NCBI GenBank assembly: GCA_051362555.1
Contig: CM120642.1
Location: 28,148,001 to 28,212,000, forward strand
Direction of reading: 5' to 3'
From: Lingula anatina
Taxonomy: Eukaryota > Animalia > Brachiopoda
DNA length: 64,000 nt
In this document: positions 36,572 through 58,289 of the stretch, piece after piece
Layout of the letters: each line of letters opens with the position of its first letter
How positions within the stretch are numbered: the first letter of the stretch is position 1
Made by a program: the position numbers and the translations under genes
The notes under the pieces: model-generated
Told to the model about the DNA's origin: nothing
Databases searched by the model: none
The model's input: only the letters and a program-made list of their open reading frames with translations

Positions 36572-37402
36572 CTGAACAAAAAATAACCGCACATCCTTTC
36601 GAATCCTAACTCAATACACAGCGGTAGTGAAGGGGGGGGGGGGGGGGGGGGGGGCACAGGCACCAAATGCTGATGTACGAGCTAGTACAATTACAAATAA
36701 ACCGACTTCACCTGGAGTGAGATGCGATGGAAAATTAGTCTGAATACCGTCTGCTGCTGCTAGCTGTTCGTCTACTGCTGGTAATGTAGGGGGAAATAAA
36801 ACTCGTCAACCGTAGACGATTAAGCTTGCCCTTCATGTAAAGGAAAACGATCATCTCTGAATGCATAACTTAAAGCGACAGCCAAGCCACCGGTATTCCG
36901 GGCGGTTAGTTAGTTCTTCTATACTCCATTCTACCGGTTCTACCTACCTGACACAGTAGATATTCCGTAAAGGTGTGAGGAGGCTCACAATTCAGAATCA
37001 GAGAAGCAATACGGCAGTCACTTTGTGCCTTCTTAACAGCTGAGCGTTAAAATGAATCCTAGCTCCTTCCACGAATCCCCGTTCACCAACCCAAAAGCTC
37101 ATGTGGATGAGTCAGTTCAGCAAGGTGAAACGCATAGGTGAACGAATCAGTAAACTTCATTAATATTTTCAGCTCGGTTATAGGGTCCAACCTATTTACT
37201 CATATGATAAATCCTGGTGCTGTCTACGGCAGGCTCTCCTCAGCATATGAACTTGCCTTCAAGAGCTTCAGGCGCTGTGCAGATCTTGCTGCTAATGTCA
37301 ATCACACGCTTACTGTGCCCATATACACACATCCGTCAGGCTTATAGGCAAACATCTAACGTTATGGCATAGTTGCAAGGGAATGAATCGCATCAGGTCT
37401 GA

Positions 37403-37498
37403 TTTTTATAAGACGCATGGTCCATACGTAGCACCGAATGGGGTTGTTGTTTGCAGGAGGAGTTCAAAGTGACGTGGAACCAAGTGCGCGTGACGTGA
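37403..37498 (-). promoter_or_regulatory. Candidate minus-strand promoter: TATA box plus two TGACGTG(G/A) bZIP sites
   Basis: TATAAAAA on the minus strand at 37403-37410; TGACGTGG 37470-37477 and TGACGTGA 37491-37498; minus-strand donor CA|GTAAGC at 37313. Confidence 0.4.
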
Positions 37499-37740
37499 GA
37501 GAGGGGGGGGGGGGGGCGGGAGAGAGAGAGGAGAGAGTCTGTAGAGTTGTGTCGTAGGCTGAGAAACAATACAGTGTGGGTTAGCAGGTTACTTGTCTGA
37601 CTTGGACCGCCTATAGTATACTGTACTCATCCAGACGCTTACTGACGTTCTTTTAATTACTGTAATGGAGAAGATTTTGTGAGACACTGCCGATGGACAG
37701 GAGAACGATAAAAGCTGACACTTTAAAAAGATGCTCGAAA

Positions 37741-37771
<31 letters not shown>

Positions 37772-39017
37772 ATACCCCCCCCCCTCCGCAGTCCTGGCCC
37801 TTGACAGCTTGAGAGAGACATTGGAATATGTTTTTGTTTCCCACACTAAGGGTGAGATGTTATCCAATCTGACAAATAGAAAGACCAGAAATAAGATACT
37901 CGTTCTCGAATATTTAGATTTATTTCATAAGATGACATGTCCCATGAGCCGTCTGGATCCCCGTAGTAAGAGATAGCTACATGTACTGTAGCACAGTCAC
38001 TTTTGATCCCCTGACTTAAGGACAGACCACATATTACATTAAATCATATTGGATAGATATAAAATGGGACATTCATTGTTTTGGATTTTAAAAAGCTTAC
38101 CTGAATACAGTTGGAATTCCATTAATACGGGTCAGGGTCGCGGCATTGGCCTATTTAAGCCTAAATGCGTACGGGTAACTTTTAAACGAAGTCAAGCCGT
38201 AAAATATTAGCATAACAGAGTCAGGTTTTAGAAAGAACGTGGGCGTATTTTTGATTCTGTTTAAGAATCAACGCCGGTTTTAACAGTGGGCTGTGAACGT
38301 GACTTAGTGATGAGCCTATCACGTACCCTTCCAAAAGTTTTCCCGTTTCTAGCTATTGATGATAGAAAGGAGACTAGTCCGGCTACAGATGTACGTATTA
38401 AGATGCTGACCCCCCCTCCCCCCCCGCCCCTCTGCCCATGGCATTTGTTTGGGCTTGGTGTCTGTACTCAAACTGTAATATCACACCTTCGCCATAAATG
38501 TCTGTGACACTATTTTTTACATGGGTGCGTCGTGAAGTGGAAATATGTAGGCACTTGACTTCATTCATCAATTTCCACACAACCCGTTTGACAACAACAC
38601 CGGCAGCTATAGCCTCTGCCCTACCTGACTGCCGACCTGAGGTCCTGTTCTCACCAGTTCAAGCATAATCGAGTTTAAGATATAGGGAGTCAACACAGTA
38701 GGGATGGGAGAGAATAGATATAAAGGGCTTAATTGACTTTATGGACTTTATGGATCTAGCTAGATTTCCGCCGGCGCGGATATACAAGTCCAAAAACAAG
38801 TCTGACTTTATTTACACCAAGTGAGACGGGGGTTTCCTGTGCACACCTTTGGTTTCAGTTCAATTGAACTGGCATCATTAAGTAATGATATCACCATTTT
38901 ACAGGTCTGCCTATGTACGTGTAATCACCGCGTGTTTCAGAGTACTGTATATATACCGGTGATATGTCACTACCCATCAGACGCACTCCATCAGCCCTAG
39001 GGATTAGAGAGGATCTA

Positions 39018-39373
39018 AGGGCTCATTCCCAATGAAAATATCGGTTCACGTAGATCAATTATCCACTACCCATCAAACGCACGTGCAATATCAGCCGAAT
39101 AAATGAGGTTCTAAGGGGTCATTCCCAATTAAACTATTGGTCTACGTAGACTGATCTAACTCAGTGGGGACCCTCGCTGAATGTAATCAGATTAAGAGAT
39201 TAACTCGCCCCCTGCTGGCGTTGAATAGAATACAGAAAAGCTGATGATTTTACGAATATGATGGGAGAAAAGAGGAGGCGTGTTAATCTTTTAATCTGAC
39301 TGCACCCAGCAAGAGTCCCCACAGAGTTGGATCGATCTCCTTAGACCGACAGTTTCATTGGGAATGAGCCTGA
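39018..39373. mobile_element. Harbinger-like MITE (GGCTCATTCCCAAT TIR) with a duplicated partial left end
   Basis: taagggctcattcccaatgaaa at 39016, taaggggtcattcccaattaaa at 39112, right end tttcattgggaatgagcctga at 39353-39373. Confidence 0.7.
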
Positions 39374-40578
39374 AGGTTTTGATCAGCCTGAGATGAAGGT
39401 CCCTACATGTAACTGCGACTTTCCCCACACCGGGAACTAGCTAAAGCTAATGCATGGACTCGATGGAGATTGTGATAGAGAGCAGTTTCCCATTGCCTGT
39501 CAAAACGTTAGAGTTGTCGGTCACGCACCTGTTGCACTGGAGTACTTGTCTGTTTTAGTACGTGAACCTCGGTGTTCGCCGGTGCCTAATAAAGACGTAT
39601 TCATAAGGATTTAAGTTTTTAATGTCCGATGTTGTCCTGAATACCTATACACGGGATGCACATTCGGGAGTAAACAAATATAATCGTGTATATATTTTTG
39701 TTGCGATTTTAATATCTTGAATATATCTTTTTCATGTTCATTTTTCGGGTAAGTTGATAAGAAACAACGATTAACAAAATCATAACTTTTATTGCATTTT
39801 GGCTAGTTTTTTAAAATAAATATTGGTAGTGCTTCTCATATATTCATAGAGCTCTAAAATAAATAAACGGCAAAAGGTGGTGATGAGTTAATTAATTCTG
39901 TAATATACTGGTCTTTGAAAACTAATTAAGAAACATGATATTATTTTTAGGCTGAATATAACTCCACTCTTAAATCTTATTGTATGTGAATATAAATAAG
40001 TGCATGCACTTAAAATATGCTTCAAAGCAAAAAATACTGGAAGGTACATGTATTATGTGTAATGAAAACTGCTTCTCTACACCACAATATCAATATCACT
40101 CACTTATTTAATGAAATATTGCATCATATTTTGCATTCTGTCATCTCTACCTTTAAAACCCATTCACACAGCATTAAAGAAGGAGCAGGGTTATACACAC
40201 TTTGCCAAGAAAAATTTCCAATGTTTATTTTTGCTGGATTTTATTTCATTTATTCTCCTTAAAATATAAGGAGCTTGCATTTATTCTCCTTAAAATACAT
40301 GTATTAGGAGATAATGTATAAAATGGGTATCCCACTTCATTGTTTTACATACGCATAGGTCACCTCATAAATAGGCCAATTTCACTTTAGTAGAATTCAC
40401 TTTTAAAGGGGAAAATTTAAAAAGAAGCATATTATATAGTAATGCAATGCTCTTTACTAATAGTCAGTCCATGGGATATACATGCATCACCGTATCCAAC
40501 AACAAACATTAATAAATAACATGCGATTAAGTACTCCAGTAAAGAGCCCATTGCAAGTAGATTCTCTGTCATGACCAG

Positions 40579-43500
40579 TCATTTGTGTCTTAGTCTTCTG
40601 GCAGCTTTCCTAAGGACCCTACCACTTGATTTAAATGTCACTGCTGGACTGAGAGCAAAGCGAAACTCTCCCGTCCCAAACACACTTGTATTCCCCGCTG
40701 CTGCTGCACCATATGGATTAGACAAGGCTTGATCCGAATTAGAGGCAGCTTGTCCAAGATCACTGAAAGCTCCATCTGGGTTAGAGACACCTTGAATTGA
40801 ATCACCCCTTGCTTGATCTGGATTAAGTGTACTTTGATCTGAATCAGGCAAAGCTGCTCCAGTAGAAGTGCCTTGATCAACTGTAACATTGTGACCTGAA
40901 GTTATATTTTGGTCACCACTGTGACCGTGATTTTCAACCAATGCACTGTGTGATCGTGTGTTTTGATTATTTGGATTCTCAAGAGTGAATACCTCTGCAG
41001 TTGACTGCAGCAGCTGTTCTTCCTCAACACTTGGCACAGCATTGAAGCCAACTGTTGGATTCAGGGGACTCCAACCTTCAGTGATGGGAGTGACACATGC
41101 ATAAGGCCTCTCACTATCCGAGTCTGTATTGGAGAGAGTAACAGAGGAAACTGATCCTCTCTGAGCTACAAGAGAACCACCAGAGCTCATTCTTTCTAGT
41201 TCTGAGCAAGAGTGAGGGGAAAAAGCACGGGGTGCTGCTCCTGCAAAACCTGTGCTACGATTCCCCGCTGGGTTCGTAGCACCCACTCCTTGTTTTTCCC
41301 CTCCTCTTACTGCATCCAGTGGTTGGTCAAATAATCGAGAAGAAATCGACCTGGCCTCTTGAGCTAAACTCTCCTGGTTGGGTCTTGTCATTATGCTATT
41401 AGATGCTGATGCTCCAGCAGAACCATTACCCCTGAAAAAAAGACTTGTCCCATCAGGCACACTAGTTGACTTTGACTGATCTGACCAAAAGCTTGTCAGC
41501 GTAGGCGGCACTGTGTTTAAAGCCAGTGACCTCTCTTTGCGTCTTGGTTTGCTGCTTTCTTTGTCAGATTTTTTAAAGCCAACCTCAGCAGGAATGTCTT
41601 CAGATGAGAAACTGAACCTTGCAAAGTAACTGCTGTCCAGCGAGTTTCTGGGAGACCTGGATTTAGAGCCCTTGCTGAGATGACAATTTTGCATGTCCTG
41701 TAAAATAAGTAAAAGTAATTATACAATTTACAGTATCTAAAAGGGTTTTGGTCGCATATATCCCTGTTTCTCCAAGTCTGGGATGGTAGTTCCATATTGA
41801 ATGAATATAATAATTCATATTGAATGAATAATAATTTCTGTACTGTGGCTTTCGATCCCTTTCAATTAACTATACAGAAAACAGTTCTTGGGAACAGTGC
41901 TTTGTTACAGTGTTAATAAGTACTAGCTATGAAGGAAGTCTTCTTTAATTAAAATTAACACATTCAAACGTGCATTGCATGGTGCAATAACACTTTTCCA
42001 TGCACACATACAAACATACAAAAAAAATACCTTCATTTACATCTTTGACTATCCATAACACAGTCAATATTACATTTCTCAGCTGTACTCCATTAAGCAA
42101 CACCATACTAAAGCACACGGCCTGTACATGTACATTATATACATATACTTCTTAATCATTTACCTTGACAATGTCCTTCAATTTAAAATTTGCTTTCTTG
42201 CCATGGGCCAAAGGCGTTTTCTTTCCAGTGTAGTTGGTATGCTGTGCATTAATTGTCTTTTCTACAACAAGATAACCATACTTAAGTTGATAGTCATTTA
42301 CTAGTAATGACATATGACAGTATGGGGTCATGCATTTTTTATCATCTTTCTTCACAAGGCTTTAAATCGTACCCTTGGGAGGGGGTGTTAATGCCCTCTG
42401 GACACTTTTGAAAATTAATAAAAATTCTGATCCAAATTGCTGTCAAAGGTCATAATTTTTTAGCTTGTATTCTCCGAAAAGGAGGGGGGGGGGGGGGGGG
42501 GGGAGAGAGAGAGGTCTGGAAAAAGTGTTTTCATTGAAGTACCATAAGAGAAAATGATGATAAAAATGGACGGCCCTTAAGAAACAAGAGAGAAATGACA
42601 TTTCCAGTCAAATTATGGCAACTTAATAGCACTATTACTGAACTTAGTTATACATGTAATATTGGCCTTTTTTTAGCAGACCTTGTGATTCAATTTCTAA
42701 CCACAGGAAGCCAATATACCTAACACTCAGATACCTTAATTATTAGTACAATGATGGTGGGCAAAGCCACAGAAAGATGAAACAGGCTTCCTATGACAGG
42801 AAATCAATGTACGTAATACTACTAAAAGGCATCCTTAGGCTAGTTCTAGTGTAAGACAGGAAAAGTGTCTTTTAAAAAAAATCTTACATACTTTTTTTAA
42901 CACAAAAGCATAACTGCCATGATAATACCAGTAAAGATTTCAAATTGATAATTATAAATGAAAATGCCATGAAAAGAGGTGAAGGGATGTGTGAGATTAC
43001 TTGTAGATGGCATATTGTATAATGTATTATCAAATTCAATTTTACACACTGTCATACTGTTTATTGGCCCAAACTATTAATGCCAATTTAAAATCAATGT
43101 GAAATTGGAAAGAGAACAAAAATGCTCTAAAATGTCTTTATCCAAATTAAACTAATTTACCTTACACTTGGCAAATATTTTATCTAGCTGAAAACTTGTG
43201 CAGATACATGTATAAACTTAATACTGGTTCATCAAATACTCTACATTTATATTATCTAAAGTATATCATTATAGCATACAAACTTTTCTGCCCAATCAAT
43301 GATTTACTTTAGATAATAGTTATTAATACCTTGCATAAGACCACTCCCGCTCCCATTCCAGCTGAGAGCTTTGATGGCATGATCTACATCTGAGAAGTCC
43401 ACCCCCTGGTGTCTCATTGTCACCTTGCTCACCACCCCAGTATCACAGAAGGCCACAAAACTGGACAGCTTGGCAAACAGCAACTGCATCCCCTGAGAAT

Positions 43501-44124
43501 GTTATATGGCAAAAATTAATAATTGAATAATAATGAGGCTTTATCTAATTAATTAGTGAAATAGAATAATAAATAATAATTGTAATATTCTAATTAATAA
43601 ATTTAATAAATAATTAATTGGCTGATAAACTTATCATTACATAATTAAAAATAATGAGTATTGAGCTACCCTGGTACAAATCAACACTTTGAGTACTTTT
43701 CTAGCTCTTATTTCAGACCCATCACTCTAAAGACACCTTTCATCAGTCATACCCTCAGTTTATTTTGTGATGTCCCAGTAGAGCGGACCAGTTTGTTCTC
43801 CTTCAGCATTATGTCCAGCTGCTGTTCCTTCTTTCTTAGCTCACTGGCAAACTGATGAAGTGGAGCCAGGTCTTCAGACAGTGCCATTTGCAAGGATGAC
43901 TCCAGTTCCTGCTTCTTCATGTTCAGCAGTGCTATCATGATATCACAGTTACTTCGCATTGTTTCAGTTTTTCTTTTGACTTCTTCCTAATTCAGAAATA
44001 GAGACTACTGTACAGTAAAATCAAGGTTGTCAGCAGTCCCAAGCTTGTGTCTGCTACGTATGACTTTTCTCATATCACAAGCACAAGAGTGTATATGCTG
44101 GTAACTCTATAAAACAACTAAACC

Positions 44125-44193
<69 letters not shown>

Positions 44194-45784
44194 CACATGC
44201 TCTACAAGAAACACAAAAACTAACTTTAAACTGATTACACTAGTTAAAAAATACTACTGGTACATAATTCCAATTACATTGATACTTGATTCCAGTTTAT
44301 GTACAGAGGGAGCAGAACACAAATATAATGTGACACCATGATAGGTGTAAACAGTCCTCTACTGATGATCAGTGACAGTGCAATATATATTTGGACTGAC
44401 ATGAAATTCAACCCATTTTGATAGATACATGTGCATCATGATTCTCACCTTAATACTTTCTTCTTCTGCCTTAATTTGCCTCTGTTTTTCATGGATGTCT
44501 CCTTGTAGTCTCTTAGCTTCTTCAACCACAGGATTTAATTTTCTCTTTAAAAATACAAAAATTGTCTATGTTTATATATTATTAATAATAGAATTTAGAT
44601 ATACATGTACTCCATGACTAAACAAAATTTATACCAAAACACAAGATTTTTTGACAGGATACATTTGCACATCAAATTGGATGGCCCAAAAAAAGAGACC
44701 TGGTCAACCGTGTATGCCAATAATGTGGCAAAATATAAAACAATGTTGCTCATTAACATCAGTGAGTGGTCGCAAAGACAGGGTGACAGACAGTAAACAG
44801 CAGTTTATGCACAGACACAATGGAGATGCATTTGCATTGACTTTTATTAACAGACACCTCTTTTAAGTGTTAATCCATAGTCATCGGTAAGGACTTATCT
44901 AATCACCTAACTGTGTTCAACAGAAGCTTATTTTTCCACTTTCCAATTAGCACCTACTAGTAGATATTTCACAAGAATAAGATCATTAGATGGTGGATTA
45001 TTAACAAGATACAGTGTACTACATATACTACTGTAGTACATGAACTATTGTAGTACATGCATCTGTTCTCAGTAGTTACATGTATCCAATAACTTATAAG
45101 TGTCTGATCGATCATATATGTGTACAAAGCTGAAGGACTCAGCATGATGATACCAGCCTATTTTGAATACTTGTAAATGTTACAATTAATGTTGTAAATA
45201 AATCAAGAAAAGAGAACTTGAGCATCCACTTTCACTTTTAATTATCATAGCATACTGTAGGGTGACATGGTTTATCAAACACGCAGGGAGACACATTACT
45301 AGTTACTCGTTACTTAAACTTAAGAATAAATTATAATGTAATTCCAACCAGGAACATTTACCTTCTCCTCAGTGATAAGCTCTTCAACAGCCGCCACATG
45401 GTGACCGAATCGGAGATGGGACTCGTCCTTTTGCAGACATTTTTGGCACATGTCCGTTTTACATGTCGTACAAAACAAATTTCTGGGTTCGTTGTGTAAG
45501 AAACACATACTGGCTGCCAAGGTGTTACTTTCTTTCTCCTTAATGAAGGCCTTGACTACCTGATTAAGACTTCGATTTACAGGGAGAGAACTCAAAAATG
45601 AACGGTCTTGCACCACTTCTCGACGGCAAGTGGGACAAGCGAAAGTCCTTGCTCCACCACCGTGTCGTACGAGGCCCTGAATGCATTGTTCACAGAAATT
45701 ATGTGTACATGGCAACATCAGCGGTGTTGTATATAACTCTAAACATATCGAGCACGTCAACTCTCCCTCCATTCTATTGATCAT
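40579..45784 (-). CDS. TRIM-family E3 ubiquitin ligase (RING, B-box2, coiled-coil, long disordered tail), 710 aa
   Basis: Exons 45784-45362, 44544-44449 (96 nt), 43986-43753 (234 nt), 43492-43330, 42261-42164, 41697-40579; 2133 nt. RING ELTCSICLELYTTPLMLPCTHNFCEQCI...CPTCR; B-box CFLHNEPRNLFCTTCKTDMCQKC..H..H. The phase-0 96- and 234-nt coiled-coil exons are typical of TRIM genes. Confidence 0.9.
42365..42579. mobile_element. Harbinger-like MITE fragment (same family as 34949-35198)
   Basis: gatccaaattgctgtcaaagg...gaaaatgatgataaaaatggacggccctta. Confidence 0.65.
44125..44190. repeat. (GA)n microsatellite
   Basis: Read directly from the sequence. Confidence 0.95.
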
Positions 45785-46067
45785 TGACCTACATGATAAC
45801 TAAAAACGTCAAAACAGCACACAATCGCGTCGGCTGCACTATTTCAACTTCCTGTTAGAGCAGAGCAGCCTGGGAAATCTTTTTTATAAAATATATTCTT
45901 ATAGTTTTCTTATCCAAACTGAGAAACGCTCACAATTATGCCTGCATATGATTTAAAAAACTTTTTAATATCATTTTGACTAAAATAGTCGAGATCACAT
46001 CAGCTCATTAGATATCGACATTTCGTTGTAATAGTCTCGCGTGACAAAAGTGCAGTATTGATTAAAA
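45785..46067. promoter_or_regulatory. Bidirectional promoter between the TRIM and nicotinamidase genes
   Basis: Only 283 bp separate the divergent ATGs; ETS-like ACTTCCTGT 45847-45855, TCTCGCGTGA (TCTCGCGAGA-like) 46035-46044, YY1-like AAAATGGCG over the nicotinamidase ATG. Confidence 0.65.
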
Positions 46068-54980
<8,913 letters not shown>

Positions 54981-57900
54981 CCTTCAGGTCATGGGTCAAA
55001 AGAAGGGTCAAAGTTCAATATCTACTTAATTTATGGCATATCCCACTGACCAAATTCAACATATGGAGCTGAAAATGTGGCATGCATTAAGTATTGAAAT
55101 ATTGCCAGACAGAAATTGATCGAAGAAAATTTAGTTCACAGTTCATATTTAATCATGTGACATATTAAGATGCAATAGAACATATTTTTTAAACCTGTAA
55201 TAGCATTACGGAGGGGTTTGTGCCTATGGATCATTCAGATCTCACAGGTTTTATTATGATCATTATTTATTTATTATTCATAAATTTATTTATTTTGTAG
55301 GGGGTAGAGGTAATGATATGCCAAGTATTCACTTATTAACTAAACAGACTGCACTGATAACAAAATTTTAATTTGTGTGTATTTTGTGCTCTCTCAAATT
55401 ATTATTTAAACAGGGGAAATAGTCTAAAATTGGGCTTGTGAAAGTACTGATGATTTTAAGTCATTTTTAGATGAGGCCAGTCAGCAAAAATATTCAGTAT
55501 GTTTGATTAAAATTTAAAAAAATTTTTAAAATATTCTTTTTAACTGATGAATATGACTGAGGCATGTATGGTATTTTGACGCAAAATACATTTGCATAGA
55601 GGCACACGTGCATACAGTGTATGAATGGCATTGTGATGTTAAATATATGTTCATACAAGTACATGTGCACATCACAGTGTTGGAGAAACACATGCACACC
55701 TGAATAGTTCTGAATAACAGGGTATACACTAAGAATATAGCCTTGTAAATCACCCGGGCTTCTTTTTTTGCTCAATGTACTTCCGTTGGTCTTTATGATG
55801 TTAAGCTGATTTATCCCTTTACATGTCATAAATGTATTAAATTTTCATTTTTTTTTTAAATTGTTGTACATTTTTTACTCTCTGTAACATTTTGTAATAT
55901 GGTATGTATGTTGCACCAGTATAAAGGGAATTATATGGCTAAATGACATAAGTGATGTGTCTTGTACTGTAGTGTTCTAGCCATGGTGGAGGTTGATATA
56001 CAGAATTACTGTTTTCTTTTATATATGATATATAAATATGTTTATCTGCACAGATTGCAGTTTATCTTCAGTGAAGAAGTAAGATGTCCATTGATTGGAT
56101 TTTGTAAAGCATGGCAAACATCCTACATTTCAAAAAAGTTATTATTTTCAGTATTTTTTGTTTTGCAAAACTTAATGAGTAGGTAAAAGTATTTAACTGT
56201 CTCATTCATAAAAATGTTTAATCATATTGTAAGCATCAAGTTATTTTTTAAACCCGGTAAGTGATAATTCTGACTTTGTATTTTGTATACTGGCTTTATA
56301 TTTTCATAGTCATAAAGATATGAAATTTTACGTTTAAGATTTGTAACTTACTATTTGTCTGATGAAATTACACAAAAGACACACAATCATAAGTAATTTT
56401 TTTCAAGTTATCATCAATTTTAAGTATGTTGCACATTTAAATACAGAGGAAGATTTTACAGTAAGGTACTTTTGTGAAGCATCTGTACCATTTGGAAAAA
56501 AAATGTGATTGGATGTATTATGCTGTCATATTTATATATTTAAAGAAGGCTTATTAAAAGTCTAATAACAGTTGAAAAGCTTTGTTTTCTGTTATTTCAA
56601 CTAGCTCAAAACTGCAAACTCGATTTTGGCAAGTTAAAATTTAGCCACCAGATCCCACCACATAGCTTCAAATAGTATAACTTAGAAAACATCATTTATA
56701 TTATCTGAAAATTGATATTTAAATGGATGGATGGATGTTTTCTTTCTTTTTTTTTCGTCTTGTATATAACAAAGGTAGAGAAATAGGTCAATTTGCAACC
56801 AAAAATTTGATGATGGTGCAGCTTTAAAGCTCTTTTATGGCTGATTAAGTCAAAATCCATGGTGGAAATGTTCTGAAAACTCCTATTTAATCGCAAACAC
56901 TTTTAAAAGTAAAATGGTGATGTATGCTCAGGGCTCCTGATACAGTCTTAAAGCCAGTTTCAAATGCTTTCTTGTCTTGTGAAGGTCTTGGGCCTGTCAC
57001 AAACAACACTTGATTGCAACGCAATGCAATGCATTTCAAGTCATTGATTACTATATTTATTTTACAACTTTATAATATTTACAAAGATGATAACTTAAAA
57101 AAACCTAATATATACCTGACATATTAAATATCTTGATCTGAGATAGTTGTTGGCACTTAATCAAAGATGAAACCCTTTTAGATGGCTTAATTCCAATATT
57201 AAAATCTTATGATAATCCATTCAAAAATAATCATTTATGGCAAACAAGTTTATGAAGTAAGAATTAGGCATTTATAGCATTGTATGTTCCACAGTCCAAA
57301 TTACTGTCCCCTTTTTTTCTCAAGGATCATAGTGTCAATAGGAGAAAATGGCCACACTAAAAGTCACCATATAACATTTATTAGCACTCTGATAGGATAA
57401 AAGATACCCCCAATCAATCTGTAACCATCAATAAAATGTCTGTAACCATTCTGTACCAAATGCTTCTCTTAAATTAAATGTTTTTCTGCTGCTCAAAGAA
57501 ACTGAATGTGCCATTATTGGAATAATTTGTCTTCTATACCAGAAGAACACAATTTCAACACAAAATCTACCCATTTCGACATTCAAACTGCAGTTGACAT
57601 AAATATGAATAAAACCTACATTTTATATAAAATTCCATCTTCAGAAAGCACTTCTAGCTTAAAATAGTTAAAATTCACCATAATTGAAAATTTGAAAAAT
57701 GTACCAGGTTGTTGTCTGGGTTTTCAGTTTTCAAATTTGTCTCATAAATTCCCCTACTGTACAACAAATTCACATCCCTCACACAGCAATAAAAACAAAA
57801 TTGCAATGGATATATATAATATAGCAGATAAAATAAACTGGTGTTTTTTTTTTTTTAACCTTGATCGTGAAAAAAAGTTTTCACAACCAGTTAGTGACAG

Positions 57901-58289
57901 ATTAGCTTTTGAGCCCATTTCACAAAGAACTCATGTTTTTGGGCTTAGTTCAGACTTATTGTCATTTTTCTACTAATGCCCATTGCTATGACTCCATTAA
58001 AATTGTTTTATTAAATCTAATTCTTGAATAATCAACTAATATAGTAACTGTATCAACTTTTTTCCTTGGATAGCACCTGGTAAATAATTTGGGAGATCAT
58101 AAATAATCATAAAACAAGGCAGCAAAGCTGTCAAATGTACAGACAAAAAACAGGAAATAACTATGCACAAAATAGGCTACTGTCAATTCTGATGCAAAAG
58201 TACATTATGTTAAACTGCAAATTCAACATCAAATTTTAATTATGCTCAACAGGTAATACCAATGTAAGTAAAATGTGTAACAAGCATAA

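Noticed and set aside
39409-39603. Possible solo LTR (TG...AATAAA...CA)
   Set aside because: No TSD, PBS/PPT or second copy visible.
41793-41838. 23-bp perfect tandem duplication (catattgaatgaatataataatt x2)
   Set aside because: Ordinary slippage duplication in an intron; a similar case lies at 40249-40297.
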